Shown piece by piece: positions 49,490 through 60,033 of a DNA stretch of 64,000 bases; the stretch's first letter is position 1; each line of letters begins with the position of its first letter. Under the pieces are notes generated by a model. That model was not told where the DNA came from and searched no databases. It saw nothing but the letters and a program-made list of their open reading frames with translations. Position numbers and translations under genes: made by a program. Source of the stretch: Candidatus Eremiobacteria bacterium (GTDB lineage: Bacteria; Vulcanimicrobiota; Vulcanimicrobiia; Vulcanimicrobiales; Vulcanimicrobiaceae); contig CAVTRC010000001.1 of NCBI GenBank assembly GCA_963737065.1, positions 2,080,001 to 2,144,000 on the forward strand. Reading direction: 5' to 3'.

Positions 49490-50221
49490 ATGGAACACCG
49501 ATCCTTGAAGGCCCACGACGTCGTGCGCCGACTCGCCGCGCAACGCCGGGTCATCGTCCTCGGCGGCATTGCCGTCGTGCTGCACGGCCTTCATCGGACG
49601 ACGAAGGACGTCGATCTCTGGATCGATCCGCTCGAGGACGAGCAGCATTGGGCCGCTTTTTTGCGCGAATTCTTAGAATCCGAGGCGCTCACCGCGGCGC
49701 GTGTCGGCAACGAACTCGGTGAGTTCATCGACATCCCGATGAGCGAGATCGCTTCGGCTGTGGCCGACGACAGGTTCGTGCGCGTCGTCGGCGCAGACCG
49801 TCCGATCGACGCGTTCCGCGTTCCGAACTACATGAACGTCGAAGAGTTCGATGACGTCTGGAACCGCTCCGGACCGCTGAAAGACGGCACCCGGTTGATG
49901 GACGAAATCGATCTTATCGTCACCAAAATGGGGACTGGACGCCCCCATGACGCGGCTGACATGCGGTTTCTGCAGACGAAGGTCGAGTCCGCGTATCGTG
50001 AACGGCTGCGCACGTGTTCGGCCGGTGAAGCGGCCGAACTGTTCGAGCGCTTTGCGACACCCGACCTCGCGTTGTTCGCGGCGACGCAAGAGGAAAATCA
50101 GTCCATCCGTTCTTTCGGGCTGGCGGCTCTGCGAGCTTTAAGCGACAACGGCGATCTGTACGCACGACAACTCTTCGAAGAACTCAATAGAAGCGGAAGC
50201 ACCGAACCGAACGGGCGCTAA
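49490..50221 (+). CDS. Nucleotidyltransferase (DUF6036/AbiEii-like)
   Basis: LGGIAVVLHG..RTTKDVDLWI and LIVTK..TGRPHD..D. Confidence 0.75.
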   Translation: MEHRSLKAHDVVRRLAAQRRVIVLGGIAVVLHGLHRTTKDVDLWIDPLEDEQHWAAFLREFLESEALTAARVGNELGEFIDIPMSEIASAVADDRFVRVVGADRPIDAFRVPNYMNVEEFDDVWNRSGPLKDGTRLMDEIDLIVTKMGTGRPHDAADMRFLQTKVESAYRERLRTCSAGEAAELFERFATPDLALFAATQEENQSIRSFGLAALRALSDNGDLYARQLFEELNRSGSTEPNGR

Positions 50222-50541
50222 AGCCGTGAACGAGCGCGGCTTGCTAGGATTGCGCTATCTTGTGTTTGCGAACGCCAAGCTGGGATCTTCATGGCGGTGC
50301 TTGGTATCATGACGAATCAGGAGAAGAACGTGACTGATGAATTCTACTCAACGCTGGACTCATGCAGCGTTTGCCGCGCCGGCGCGAGCGACGTCGGTAG
50401 GCTCACGCCTTCTGACGCTCCTGACGGCGCGAATCGCCGAAATACTGCAACACGGACCCCTTGAGCTGATTCGGACACAACGGTTCGGGGAGGGAAAGAG
50501 CAGGCGGGTAGCCTAACGGTCACGACAATATTTCGGAGGTT

Positions 50542-52668
50542 GTGATGAAATTTCGTCTCGTCGCGTGCTTTTGCGTTCTAGCGTTTGCTGTTGCTGTATT
50601 ACCCATGGGCGCGCGCGCATTCGGCGTGGCAGACGTTTTGGCGGCACCGTTTCCGGATGCTCTTGTTGGCTCGTTCGATGGCACGGTGCTTGTATGGAAA
50701 GTCGACGCGAGCGGGATCCGGAATCTATATACAAACGCGGGAGGCAAGGTTCACGTACTTACGCATTTCGAGCAAGACGACGGTCAAGACGTCTTCGCTC
50801 CGGCCGTGACTGCGGGGAACGATGCGGTAATCTTTTTTCGTGGAAACGCGGGGGACGAAGGCACCGCTGATAACGCGAACCCGCTCTCGCTGCTTCCGCC
50901 GCCGCAACGCACGCTCTATGTCGTGCCGATCGCCGGTGGAGAACCAGTGAAGCTGGCTGAAGGCAGCAACGCCGCGTTTCTCTCACCGAAACGCAACGCG
51001 GTAGCGTTCACGACCTCCGAGGGGCAGCTCGGCGTTGTCACGTTTTCGAAGGACACAAGCGGCGCGTTCACGGCAGGTAAACCGGATATGCTCGCGATTC
51101 GCGGAACGGTCGGCGACGTCGCATGGTCGCCTGACGGCGCGAAGATCGCCTTCACGAATTCGCGCGGCGATCACTCGTTCGTCGTCATCTATACGCCGGA
51201 AAAAAAATCGTACATCTACGCGACGCCCGCCTTTACAAACGACTCCGTGCCGGCATGGTCGCCGGACGGTTCGCGTGTCGCCTTCGTGCGCTCGCCCGGA
51301 ACCAAAATAGGCGAGACGGTGTACGACAGCGCAAGTTTCAGCGGGGGCGGTAACGCGCCGTTTCCATGGTCAATCTGGGTGGCGAACGCAAATAGCGGCA
51401 GCGCACATCACGTCTGGAGTGCACACAAAGGCACCGGCGAGGAATTCTATCCGACGATGAGCGCGGCGCAGCTCTGGTGGCTCAAAGGCGATGAAATTGC
51501 GTTTCCATGGGAAGGCGACGGTTGGAATCACATCTACGCTGTATCCGCGAATGGCGGCGCGGCCAAGCGTCTGACGACCGGCGGTTACGAAGTTGAGACC
51601 GTTGCGTCGTCGCTCGACGGCACGAAACTGTTGCTCGCTTCGAACGAAGGCAATCTCGACGTGCGCCACATCTGGAGCGTTGGGCGCGACGGAACACCGA
51701 CGCAATTAACGCGCGGACCGAACAACCAGTGGTATCCGACGCCGCTCGCGCACGGAGGACTGGCATACATCGACGCTGGTTACGCGAATCCGCCGCAAGT
51801 GATGATCGCCGGCAATCCGGAGAAGACACTGATTGCGGTCGCAACACCGCCAAACTATCCAGCGACGCAAATGGTAAAGCCGCAGCTTATCACGTATACG
51901 ACGCCGGACGGCTACACGATCCACGCGCAGTATTTCTTGCCGCGGCACGTCAGTGGCAAGGTGCCCGCGATCGTCTTCGATCACGGTGGTCCGCCGCGTC
52001 AGATGCTCGGTGGCTTTCACTACATGGAGCCGTACACGCATCTCTACGAGATGAACCAGTATCTCGCGAGTAAAGGCTTCGCGGTACTGTCGATCAACTA
52101 TCGACTCGGGATCATGTACGGTTACAAGTTCCGCAATCCGCCGAACGCCGCGTGGCACGGGGGCTCCGAGTACAACGACGTTCTCGCAGGCGCGAAGTGG
52201 CTCCAGAAACAGCCGAACGTCGACGCGAATCGGATCGGGATCTACGGCCTCTCGTACGGCGGTCTGCTGACGGCTCTGGCGCTTGCAAAAAATTCCGACA
52301 TCTTCAAAGTCGGTGCCGATTTTGCCGGCGTACACGATTGGCCGACGGACTTCGATCACGACTACGGCAAGCCCGTCGGTACGCCGAAACAACGTCACAT
52401 CGCAACGATGTCGACGGCCGAAGGATATTTGAAAAGTTGGAAGTCGCCCGTGTTCATCGAGCAGGGTGACGACGATCGCAACGTCCCATTTTCGCAGAGC
52501 GTCGATCTGGCGACGAAGTTGCAGGCGCAAGGCGTCACCGTAGAGACGCAAGTGTTCCCAAACGAAACGCACGAGAACTCAGTGTGGGCACACCTCGTCG
52601 AACAGTACCGCGCGACGGAAGCCTTTCTCTCAAAGTATCTGCATCCCATCGAGCCGGCATCTCACTAA
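50542..52668 (+). CDS. Secreted S9 family (prolyl oligopeptidase-like) peptidase
   Basis: Signal peptide, WSPDG propeller repeats, HGGP, GLSYGG, GDDDRNV, ETH triad. Confidence 0.93.
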   Translation: MMKFRLVACFCVLAFAVAVLPMGARAFGVADVLAAPFPDALVGSFDGTVLVWKVDASGIRNLYTNAGGKVHVLTHFEQDDGQDVFAPAVTAGNDAVIFFRGNAGDEGTADNANPLSLLPPPQRTLYVVPIAGGEPVKLAEGSNAAFLSPKRNAVAFTTSEGQLGVVTFSKDTSGAFTAGKPDMLAIRGTVGDVAWSPDGAKIAFTNSRGDHSFVVIYTPEKKSYIYATPAFTNDSVPAWSPDGSRVAFVRSPGTKIGETVYDSASFSGGGNAPFPWSIWVANANSGSAHHVWSAHKGTGEEFYPTMSAAQLWWLKGDEIAFPWEGDGWNHIYAVSANGGAAKRLTTGGYEVETVASSLDGTKLLLASNEGNLDVRHIWSVGRDGTPTQLTRGPNNQWYPTPLAHGGLAYIDAGYANPPQVMIAGNPEKTLIAVATPPNYPATQMVKPQLITYTTPDGYTIHAQYFLPRHVSGKVPAIVFDHGGPPRQMLGGFHYMEPYTHLYEMNQYLASKGFAVLSINYRLGIMYGYKFRNPPNAAWHGGSEYNDVLAGAKWLQKQPNVDANRIGIYGLSYGGLLTALALAKNSDIFKVGADFAGVHDWPTDFDHDYGKPVGTPKQRHIATMSTAEGYLKSWKSPVFIEQGDDDRNVPFSQSVDLATKLQAQGVTVETQVFPNETHENSVWAHLVEQYRATEAFLSKYLHPIEPASH

Positions 52669-52754
52669 CCGAGAAAACGAGTTGCGCCAAGAGCCGTGCT
52701 TTCGTTGACGGACGCGATTGCGACATAGTGAGAGCATTTTTCGGAGGTTGAACC

Positions 52755-54308
52755 GTGTGCAAAGTGTTCTGTGTCGCGCTTCTCATCAGCGCACTGCTCC
52801 CATTGTCCGTAAGATCGGAAACGCTCGACGCGCTGATGGCGCGCGCGCAAGCGAGACATGCGATTGCAGGCGGCGAAGTGTATGATCTGGATACGCAAAA
52901 GGTTCTCTACGCACACAATGGGCAGCAGTACATGGAAGCGGCTTCGAACACCAAATTGCTGACAATGGGCACGTCGCTCGCGCTGCTCGGTCCTGATTTC
53001 AAATTCACCACGCCGGTCTATCAAACGGGCGCGCTCGACCCTTCAGGAACACTGCACGGTGACGTCGTGCTGGTCGCGAGCGGCGATCCGAACCTTTCTC
53101 AGCGCGTGCGGCCCGACGGCACGCTTGCGTTCATGAATTCCGATCACGAGGACGCCGGTTTTCCAGATGCCGCCGCAGTTCCCGGCGATCCGTTGCTCGT
53201 GCTGCGCGAGCTTGCGAATCAAGTTGTGAAGTCGGGAGTGAAGCGTATCGAAGGCCGGGTCATCGTTGATGCCTCGCTGTTCCAAGCTCAAGGAATCGAA
53301 CTCGAATCGTCGGTTACGCTCACGCCGATCGTGGTGAACGATAACCTTGTCGATATCATGATGAAACCGGGTGCAAGGCCCGGCGATCCTGTTTCGATAT
53401 CGGTCTCGCCGCAAACGCCGTACGTCACCTTTGTAAACAAGATCACGACCGGCGACGAGGGATCCGAATTCCTCGCCGGCCAGGACGACGTTGCGAACGC
53501 CGACGGAACGCGTACCGTAACGTTGACCGGTACGATTCCGCCGCATACGCCGATGCTGCAAGTCTACGCGGTCGCCGATCCGACGCGGTTTGCAGAAGCC
53601 GCCTTTGCGATGGTCCTCAAAGACGCAGGGGTGGTCATCGACACTCCGGCGTCCGCGAAGCCGTTCTCGCATGACGAAGCGATGGCATCGTATGTGGCGG
53701 CCAACCGCATCGCCGAGCACGTCTCGCCGCCGCTTTCAGAAGACGTGAAAGTTACGCTTAAAGTCAGTCAGAATACTCACGCCGCAATGCAGATCCCGTT
53801 GTGGGCGGTCTACGTCGCGCATGCGAGAACCGACTTCATGAAGGCCGGGTTTGCGCAAGAAGCGGGGGTGATTGCGAAGGCCGGACTGGATCTGAATTCG
53901 GCGGCTCAGCAGGACGGTGACGGATCCGCAAGTTTTTATACGCCGGACTTCCTCGTGCACTGGCTCGCGTGGATTTCGCGTCAGTCCTGGTATCCCGCGT
54001 TCCACCGCGCGCTCCCGGTTCTGGGTGTCGACGGCACAATCTACGACGTACAAACCAGTTCGCCCGCGAAAGGAAAGGTCTTTGCAAAAACGGGCACGAC
54101 GGGACCGACGGATTTGCTGAACGATCGCATGTTGATGACCAAGGCGCTCGCGGGGTACACGACGACGCGCAACGGCCATCACGTTGCCTTCGCATTTTCG
54201 GTCAATCGGCTCCCGGGACGCATGAGCTTGTATGCGAACAAAGACATCTATCATTTTGCCGCGGAGCTCCTCGGTTCGATGGCAACCGCAACGTATGTCA
54301 ATTACTAG
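52755..54308 (+). CDS. dacB: D-Ala-D-Ala carboxypeptidase/endopeptidase (PBP4, S13)
   Basis: SNTK (SxxK), SGDPNL, SQN (SxN), KTG. Confidence 0.9.
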   Translation: MCKVFCVALLISALLPLSVRSETLDALMARAQARHAIAGGEVYDLDTQKVLYAHNGQQYMEAASNTKLLTMGTSLALLGPDFKFTTPVYQTGALDPSGTLHGDVVLVASGDPNLSQRVRPDGTLAFMNSDHEDAGFPDAAAVPGDPLLVLRELANQVVKSGVKRIEGRVIVDASLFQAQGIELESSVTLTPIVVNDNLVDIMMKPGARPGDPVSISVSPQTPYVTFVNKITTGDEGSEFLAGQDDVANADGTRTVTLTGTIPPHTPMLQVYAVADPTRFAEAAFAMVLKDAGVVIDTPASAKPFSHDEAMASYVAANRIAEHVSPPLSEDVKVTLKVSQNTHAAMQIPLWAVYVAHARTDFMKAGFAQEAGVIAKAGLDLNSAAQQDGDGSASFYTPDFLVHWLAWISRQSWYPAFHRALPVLGVDGTIYDVQTSSPAKGKVFAKTGTTGPTDLLNDRMLMTKALAGYTTTRNGHHVAFAFSVNRLPGRMSLYANKDIYHFAAELLGSMATATYVNY

Positions 54309-54498
54309 ATCTCGATTCCAGCAATAACGACGGCACGAGCCTGACCGCTCCGAGGACGCTGGCTTAGCGCGTTGCCGCGGCGCGAGCCGATGACATCCAT
54401 GTTCACCCGCAATAGTGACGGGCAGCGCTCCAGGAATCGAAACGTAGGGGTTCCCCCCCATGCGAGCCGCGCACGATGAACGCTATCATGGGGTCGCT

Positions 54499-55842
54499 AT
54501 GACCGTTCACTTTCGCACGCTGATTGCAGCGCTCGTACTCTGTGCGTTATCCGCGCTCGCGTCGCCGCGTTGGGCCTTCGCCACAACGAATTCTGCGTTC
54601 CAAACTACGGCAAATCCCGGCGGCGGCACGATCGTTACGGGAACGTTGGGCCGTTCGTCTCTGCCCGCCGCGACTGCCGCGTTGATGCGACGCGTCCATG
54701 CCGAACTCGGTACGCGACCCGCGATCGTGCAAGTCGCGCTGGACCCGCGCGATCAGTCCGTTGCGCTGCTCTTCACCGCCGCCCGAAACAGCACGCGGTA
54801 CACCGGCGTGGCCATTGTCACGACGAACACCGGCGGACAAGCCGCAGGCGCGGCGTTATATGACACCGCGTCGCGCTTTCACACAACGGTCGGCCCAATG
54901 ATGCATCGCCTCCAAGGAATAACCGTCCCCAGCCAGCCGAATACCTCGAACGGCAATCAACGGCTCGCGCCGGCGGAACAATTGATCGCGCACAGTTTTC
55001 CGGATGGTACGGGAAGCATCAGCATTCCCGCCGATTGGGCGCTGAGCGTCGCCGGCGGCGGCAGTGCATCGGCGAACAGAACGTCCGGCGGTGCACAAGT
55101 TTCGTACAACATGCACTTCACGGGGATCGATCCTTCGAATCCGCGCGCGCAATGGTTTCTGCGCAGCGCATCACCGCTCGCGCGTCAAAACCTGCACGGT
55201 GCAATCTTGCAATATACGACCGATGCCGCACAAGCTTGGGTAGCGATGTATACCGCGCTTGCGAAGCAGCGCGGGATGCAGGCTCCGCAGATCCGCATAA
55301 CGAGTTCGACATCCGCGGGATCGGGCGTGGCTGACATCGCCGGAACGCTCGGCGCCGGTGCGAAAACGATCGACTTCATCGCGCACGTGTTTGTTCTGCC
55401 GCCCAATCCCGACGGGATGTGGACCCTATCCGACAGCCACATTTTCTTGAGCCGCGCGCAGTTTGCGCAGCAGGCTCAGACGGCGAATGCGGTATTGAAC
55501 AGCGTGCGTATCGACTTCGGCGCGGTCGCCGCACAGCAGGACGCGATCCGCAAGAGCTTCCAGAAGAAATTCGAAGATGAGATCGCCAATGACCGAGCGC
55601 TCGATGCCGCGCGAGCGGAACGAACCGATGAGGCACTCGCCAGCGACCGCGCAGCCCAAGAAGGCATGCATAAACAAGCCGTTGCGATGGAGAACTATTC
55701 GCTAGACCGAGCCGTCGTCATCAATACGACCAACGGCGTGCACAGCACGGTCGACTCCGACTTCGCGGATACGCTCGTGCAGGCGAACCCAAACTACCAG
55801 AAGGTACCGGCAGCAGATCTTCTGCGCGGCGTCGACTACTAA
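54499..55842 (+). CDS. Hypothetical secreted protein
   Basis: Signal peptide ending AFA. C-terminal coiled coil. No family recognised. Confidence 0.7.
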   Translation: MTVHFRTLIAALVLCALSALASPRWAFATTNSAFQTTANPGGGTIVTGTLGRSSLPAATAALMRRVHAELGTRPAIVQVALDPRDQSVALLFTAARNSTRYTGVAIVTTNTGGQAAGAALYDTASRFHTTVGPMMHRLQGITVPSQPNTSNGNQRLAPAEQLIAHSFPDGTGSISIPADWALSVAGGGSASANRTSGGAQVSYNMHFTGIDPSNPRAQWFLRSASPLARQNLHGAILQYTTDAAQAWVAMYTALAKQRGMQAPQIRITSSTSAGSGVADIAGTLGAGAKTIDFIAHVFVLPPNPDGMWTLSDSHIFLSRAQFAQQAQTANAVLNSVRIDFGAVAAQQDAIRKSFQKKFEDEIANDRALDAARAERTDEALASDRAAQEGMHKQAVAMENYSLDRAVVINTTNGVHSTVDSDFADTLVQANPNYQKVPAADLLRGVDY

Positions 55843-56541
55843 GTGACGTTGCCGGTGGATACTACGAAGACGTGGCGGTTCGGTATCGCGACGCGCGTTG
55901 TCCTCGGATTCTTGTCAGTATTCATGTTTGCAATCGCCACACTGTTATTCAGTTTGCCGCCGATGTTCGGTCAGGACATCGGCGGTGACTCGATCGTCGT
56001 GGTTGTCGCGGTTATAATCACAGGATTCGGTATCTTCGCGACGTTCGCGCTTGTCGCTTCCGTCCGGACCCACGTTACGCTTGGTGCATCGACGCTAGAG
56101 GCGACGGTCGTCGACGGACACAGCTGGTTCTTGATGCCGCACTTTCGTGAAGTTCGGCTGCCGTTGTCCGACATTCGTTCGATCGAGCGACGCACCGAGA
56201 TATTCCGCACGCTCGGTCTGCTGACGATGCGCGATGCGTTGTCCATCGTGACGGTCGACGGCGAGCGCATCGGGTTGTTCAGCAACACGCTAGGAAACGC
56301 GAGCACGCTGCCGCTCGATGAGGTTGCGTACGCGATCGCTGGTGCTATCGGCGTCGCGGTGACCGACGACGGCACCGTGCTAACGAAGGGATCAGGGCTC
56401 TACGGGCAAGCGTCGTCATCGTGGACGGAAACGCCGCTCGGCGAATTGGCTGCAAAGAAAGAGCGCCGCATAGTGATTGCCACGCTTCAAATTTGCACGA
56501 TATTATTGCTGCTTACGTTCGCAGTTCGCGCGTTCATTTGA
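55843..56541 (+). CDS. Hypothetical membrane protein
   Basis: Two N-terminal TMs, a soluble domain and a C-terminal TM. Abuts the upstream gene. Confidence 0.65.
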   Translation: MTLPVDTTKTWRFGIATRVVLGFLSVFMFAIATLLFSLPPMFGQDIGGDSIVVVVAVIITGFGIFATFALVASVRTHVTLGASTLEATVVDGHSWFLMPHFREVRLPLSDIRSIERRTEIFRTLGLLTMRDALSIVTVDGERIGLFSNTLGNASTLPLDEVAYAIAGAIGVAVTDDGTVLTKGSGLYGQASSSWTETPLGELAAKKERRIVIATLQICTILLLLTFAVRAFI

Positions 56542-59212
56542 TTGTCGTGGATCGATTTCTCAATCCTCTGCGCGACGAGATTCCAAGCTTTCCAAAGATC
56601 GAGGCCAGATGTTTTTCGACGGTCTTGTGACTGATTGAAAGGTCGCGTGCAATTTCGAGATTCGAGTCGCCGCGCGCGGCGCGATTCGCGACCTCTCGCT
56701 CGCGCTCTGAAAGAATTTCGGACTCGCTGGCGCCGTTTGCTCCGCTGAGACGCTGCACGTGATAGACAGCACCGCACCGCCGGTAGATCGCCTCGGCGGA
56801 CGCGATCTCTCCCGCTAATTCCCATGCAGCAGCTTCCAGCAGCGGCAAACGCAGCCGGTGAAAACCTTCTGCTGCAGCACGCGCGAGCAGCGACGTTTCG
56901 CCGTCGTCGCCGCGACGTTGATGTTCAAACGCGTCGAAAAGCGCGAGCGCCGGACGTTCCGGTAACTCGGTAGGCGCTTGCGCAGCCCGGGACAGGTACG
57001 TGCGTGCCGTTTCGCGATCCTCCGGTCTTCCGTATCGCCCAATCGCGAGTAACGTTAGCACGTTCCCGCGCATGAGTTCGCATTCGGGAAGCACGTCGTG
57101 AAGAAGCGCTGCAGCCTCGTCCTGGCGATTACGTCGGACAAGGATCTCTGCGACTCCAGCGCCGGACTCGATTTCGAGTTTTCTGACTTTTGAATCAATG
57201 CCGTCAAACCACTTTCGCATCATCTCGTCGTCGCCGAGGTGAGCAGCGACGATTGTTCCCCAAGCGGTCGCAAACGTAAAGTTGACGTGGTTCTCAGTCG
57301 AAACCGGAATCGCTTGAACGCTCGCGCGCGCACGTGCAAGATCGCCTCTCATGAGATGGCAGAGCGCCGCAAACGCGTTGCAGTTTTCCTCGGCGTACGG
57401 GTTTCGCGCCGTTTTCGCGTCTCGGAAAGCAGCGTCGAGGTGCTGGAGTGCCAACTCGTGCATTCCGAAAAAAGAGAAACACATCGCGCCATTGAGATGC
57501 GCGGCAACAATGCCGCGGACCGACTTCATTGCGCGTGCCCTTTCAACCCACGCCGTATGCTCGCGCACGAAGCGCTCAACGTCACCAAACGTCATGGCGA
57601 CCCATGCGGAGATGTTGTGAAAGCGCAGCTCGATGTCGTTGGCCTCGGCAATCGCGCGGGGATCGACGTGCTCGAGATGCTTCGAAGCCCGGCTCGGAAA
57701 CCAAAACGTTGCCGCAAGCCATGCCAAACCGAGATGGACCCGGCTTCGAGCGAGGTAATGGCGTTGATCCAACCGCGCGAGCAACGCTTCCAGCGGTGCG
57801 GTCGGCTCCGGCATGCCGGACGTGTAGGCCATGATAGCAGCTTGGACGCGACACGTGGCCTCGCGCTCATAGTCTCCGGCTTCGCTGAAGAACTCGGCGG
57901 CCGCAGCGTACGTTCGCTGTGCCTCGTCGGTCCAGGTAAGCGCGATACGCGCTTCGGCAATCTTCTCCAAAAGCGAACCACGCGTTTTCGAACCCAAACA
58001 CTTCGCATCGAGCGCGCGTTCATAAAACGCGATAGCAGCTTCATGAGCATACACGTGGGCCGCTTCATCGCCGGCCAACTCGTTATAGTGCGTCGAGCGG
58101 GCGTCATCGCCGCACGCCCACCAATGATAGGCAAGCTGTTCGATCGATCGTTCCGCTTCCGGTGCGCGCTCGAGTGCGATTGCGAGCGTTTTGTGCATCG
58201 GGCGAAGCTCAGAATCGAGAAAGCCGCCATAGATCGCTTCTCGTGTGAGCGCATGACGAAAACGGAAGCGCATCGGCGCAACTTCTTCGATCAACTGGTA
58301 GTCACGGGCGCGGCGCAAAGCCGAAAGCGTATACTCGCCGTCTGTCGCAATGGTCGAAGCGAGCAGCTCGAGGCTGAACGTTCGGCCGATTACCGCAGCT
58401 TGAGCGATAATACGGCGCTCATCATCGTCGAACGGACGCAATCGTTCGAGCAATGTTGCCCGGAGCGTCTTGGGAATGTCGATGGGCGCTGAGTCGTTTC
58501 TCGTGCTTCGCTCAACGGCGTTCTTGAGAAGTTCTTCCGTAAGATAGGGATTGCCCTCCGCGACCCGCGCGATCGCACGCCGAGCCGTATCGGGGAGCGA
58601 GATGCCGGAGAGCGCTCCGTCTATGAACGCGCGTAATTCGACTCCCGCGAGAGGCGCGAGCTGTATCGTACCGGCGCTCGCGTATCGCGTGAGGGTTGCA
58701 ATTCGTGTAGTCGCAAAGTGTTCCGGCGTAAGGTCCTCGAGACGATACGACGCGATGAGCAATGCGCGCATGGACTGCAGTTTTGTTCCGAGTGATGTGA
58801 GTGCATCTAATGTGGCTGTGTCCGCCCAGTGCAGATCCTCCACAATGATGATCGTGCCTTTCCGCGCCGACACGGCTTCAAATCGCTCGACAAGAGCATC
58901 GATTTGTTGCTGTCGCGACGCGGCGGGAACGATGCCTGAAAACTGTGGATCAATGCGCGAAAGCGTTTCCGATACCGCGCCATACGGCTGCCCGCCGAAC
59001 TCGCGACAGGTAGCTTTGGCGATGAGCCATCGTGAGTATGCAAGAGGTGCGCAGAATTCCGAAATAAGACGCGATTTGCCGACGCCGGCATCCCCGGCGA
59101 TCAGAACGCAGCCGCCATGGGAGGACGCAGCCTCGCGCCGGCGCTCGTGAAGATATGCGAGCTCGTCGCGACGGCCGATGAACGCTCGGCATAGCACCGG
59201 ACGCACGATCAC
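56534..59212 (-). CDS. Large ATP-binding LuxR-family regulator (AAA - TPR - HTH)
   Basis: GDAGVGKSRL, IVEDLHWAD, GNPY, LSEREREVA..SNLEIA..ISHKTVEKHL. Confidence 0.93.
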   Translation of the reverse strand: MIVRPVLCRAFIGRRDELAYLHERRREAASSHGGCVLIAGDAGVGKSRLISEFCAPLAYSRWLIAKATCREFGGQPYGAVSETLSRIDPQFSGIVPAASRQQQIDALVERFEAVSARKGTIIIVEDLHWADTATLDALTSLGTKLQSMRALLIASYRLEDLTPEHFATTRIATLTRYASAGTIQLAPLAGVELRAFIDGALSGISLPDTARRAIARVAEGNPYLTEELLKNAVERSTRNDSAPIDIPKTLRATLLERLRPFDDDERRIIAQAAVIGRTFSLELLASTIATDGEYTLSALRRARDYQLIEEVAPMRFRFRHALTREAIYGGFLDSELRPMHKTLAIALERAPEAERSIEQLAYHWWACGDDARSTHYNELAGDEAAHVYAHEAAIAFYERALDAKCLGSKTRGSLLEKIAEARIALTWTDEAQRTYAAAAEFFSEAGDYEREATCRVQAAIMAYTSGMPEPTAPLEALLARLDQRHYLARSRVHLGLAWLAATFWFPSRASKHLEHVDPRAIAEANDIELRFHNISAWVAMTFGDVERFVREHTAWVERARAMKSVRGIVAAHLNGAMCFSFFGMHELALQHLDAAFRDAKTARNPYAEENCNAFAALCHLMRGDLARARASVQAIPVSTENHVNFTFATAWGTIVAAHLGDDEMMRKWFDGIDSKVRKLEIESGAGVAEILVRRNRQDEAAALLHDVLPECELMRGNVLTLLAIGRYGRPEDRETARTYLSRAAQAPTELPERPALALFDAFEHQRRGDDGETSLLARAAAEGFHRLRLPLLEAAAWELAGEIASAEAIYRRCGAVYHVQRLSGANGASESEILSEREREVANRAARGDSNLEIARDLSISHKTVEKHLASIFGKLGISSRRGLRNRSTTIK

Positions 59213-59334
59213 AACTTCTAAAGTTGGCCGCTTTTCGTGAAGTGCCTACACGGACGGGATAGTCAGCGCCTCCCAAAGCTTGCGCTAGCTTGCCGATGCA
59301 ACGGGCACCGCTGCAAGGCTTTGCGAGACGCGGA

Positions 59335-59784
59335 TTACATCGATCCCTGCTTGACCGGGAGGTTCGTCTGTGGACCTTCGCCGGCTACTTCCTCTATCGT
59401 TTCGCCTTTAGCCATCGACCAATGATGCACACCAGCTGGGACGTTGATGAACGACCCCGCAGGAAAGACGCGTGCTTTGCTCTTGTCGATCTTGTCACCG
59501 GTCCCGAACAAGAGCGTCCCTTGCATTACGGTGATGTATTCGGGATGCGCATGATAGTGAGGCGGATTGCTGTAACCGTCCGGCATCTTCACGCGTACGA
59601 TCGCAAAGCCGGTTTTATTCGGATCTCCGGTAAGCGCCGCCGCGGAACTGCCTTTGCTCGTACCCGTTCCGGGCACCCAATTGAGGCTATTCGGGGTGTA
59701 GTAAGACGGCGCGCTTGCCGCCATTACCACGCCTCCGGCGGCTATCAGCGACAGCACGAAAACCATTGGAGTATAGCGTGACAT
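59335..59784 (-). CDS. Secreted cupin (DUF4437-like)
   Basis: PPHYHAHPEYITVMQG, GSFINVPAGVHH. Signal peptide and GGAGG RBS. Confidence 0.85.
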   Translation of the reverse strand: MSRYTPMVFVLSLIAAGGVVMAASAPSYYTPNSLNWVPGTGTSKGSSAAALTGDPNKTGFAIVRVKMPDGYSNPPHYHAHPEYITVMQGTLLFGTGDKIDKSKARVFPAGSFINVPAGVHHWSMAKGETIEEVAGEGPQTNLPVKQGSM

Positions 59785-60033
59785 CAGTCCCTCCTCAAAA
59801 CGGCATGAACCCGTGTCAAGATGGTAGAGCGCAAGTGAGGAATTTCTGGGGAACGGCACGAGCACGTTGCCCATCACCTCGTAGCGCGCCGAGGAGCAGG
59901 CTCGATTTCAAATGCACGCGATCTGATTGCTTTGCCGTCACTACACCGGGTCAAACGACAGCACAGCTTGTCGCGAGCACGCCTTCCGACCGCTTGCAAT
60001 GAAAGCAGCGGCTACCGGTAAACCGGAGACTCG

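Noticed and set aside
845..58492. Long opposite-strand or alternate-frame ORFs (e.g. 845-1720, 3060-4040, 5080-6285, 8926-9876, 36560-37477, 57239-58492)
   Set aside because: They are shadow ORFs of well-supported genes in high-GC DNA, with no recognisable motifs.
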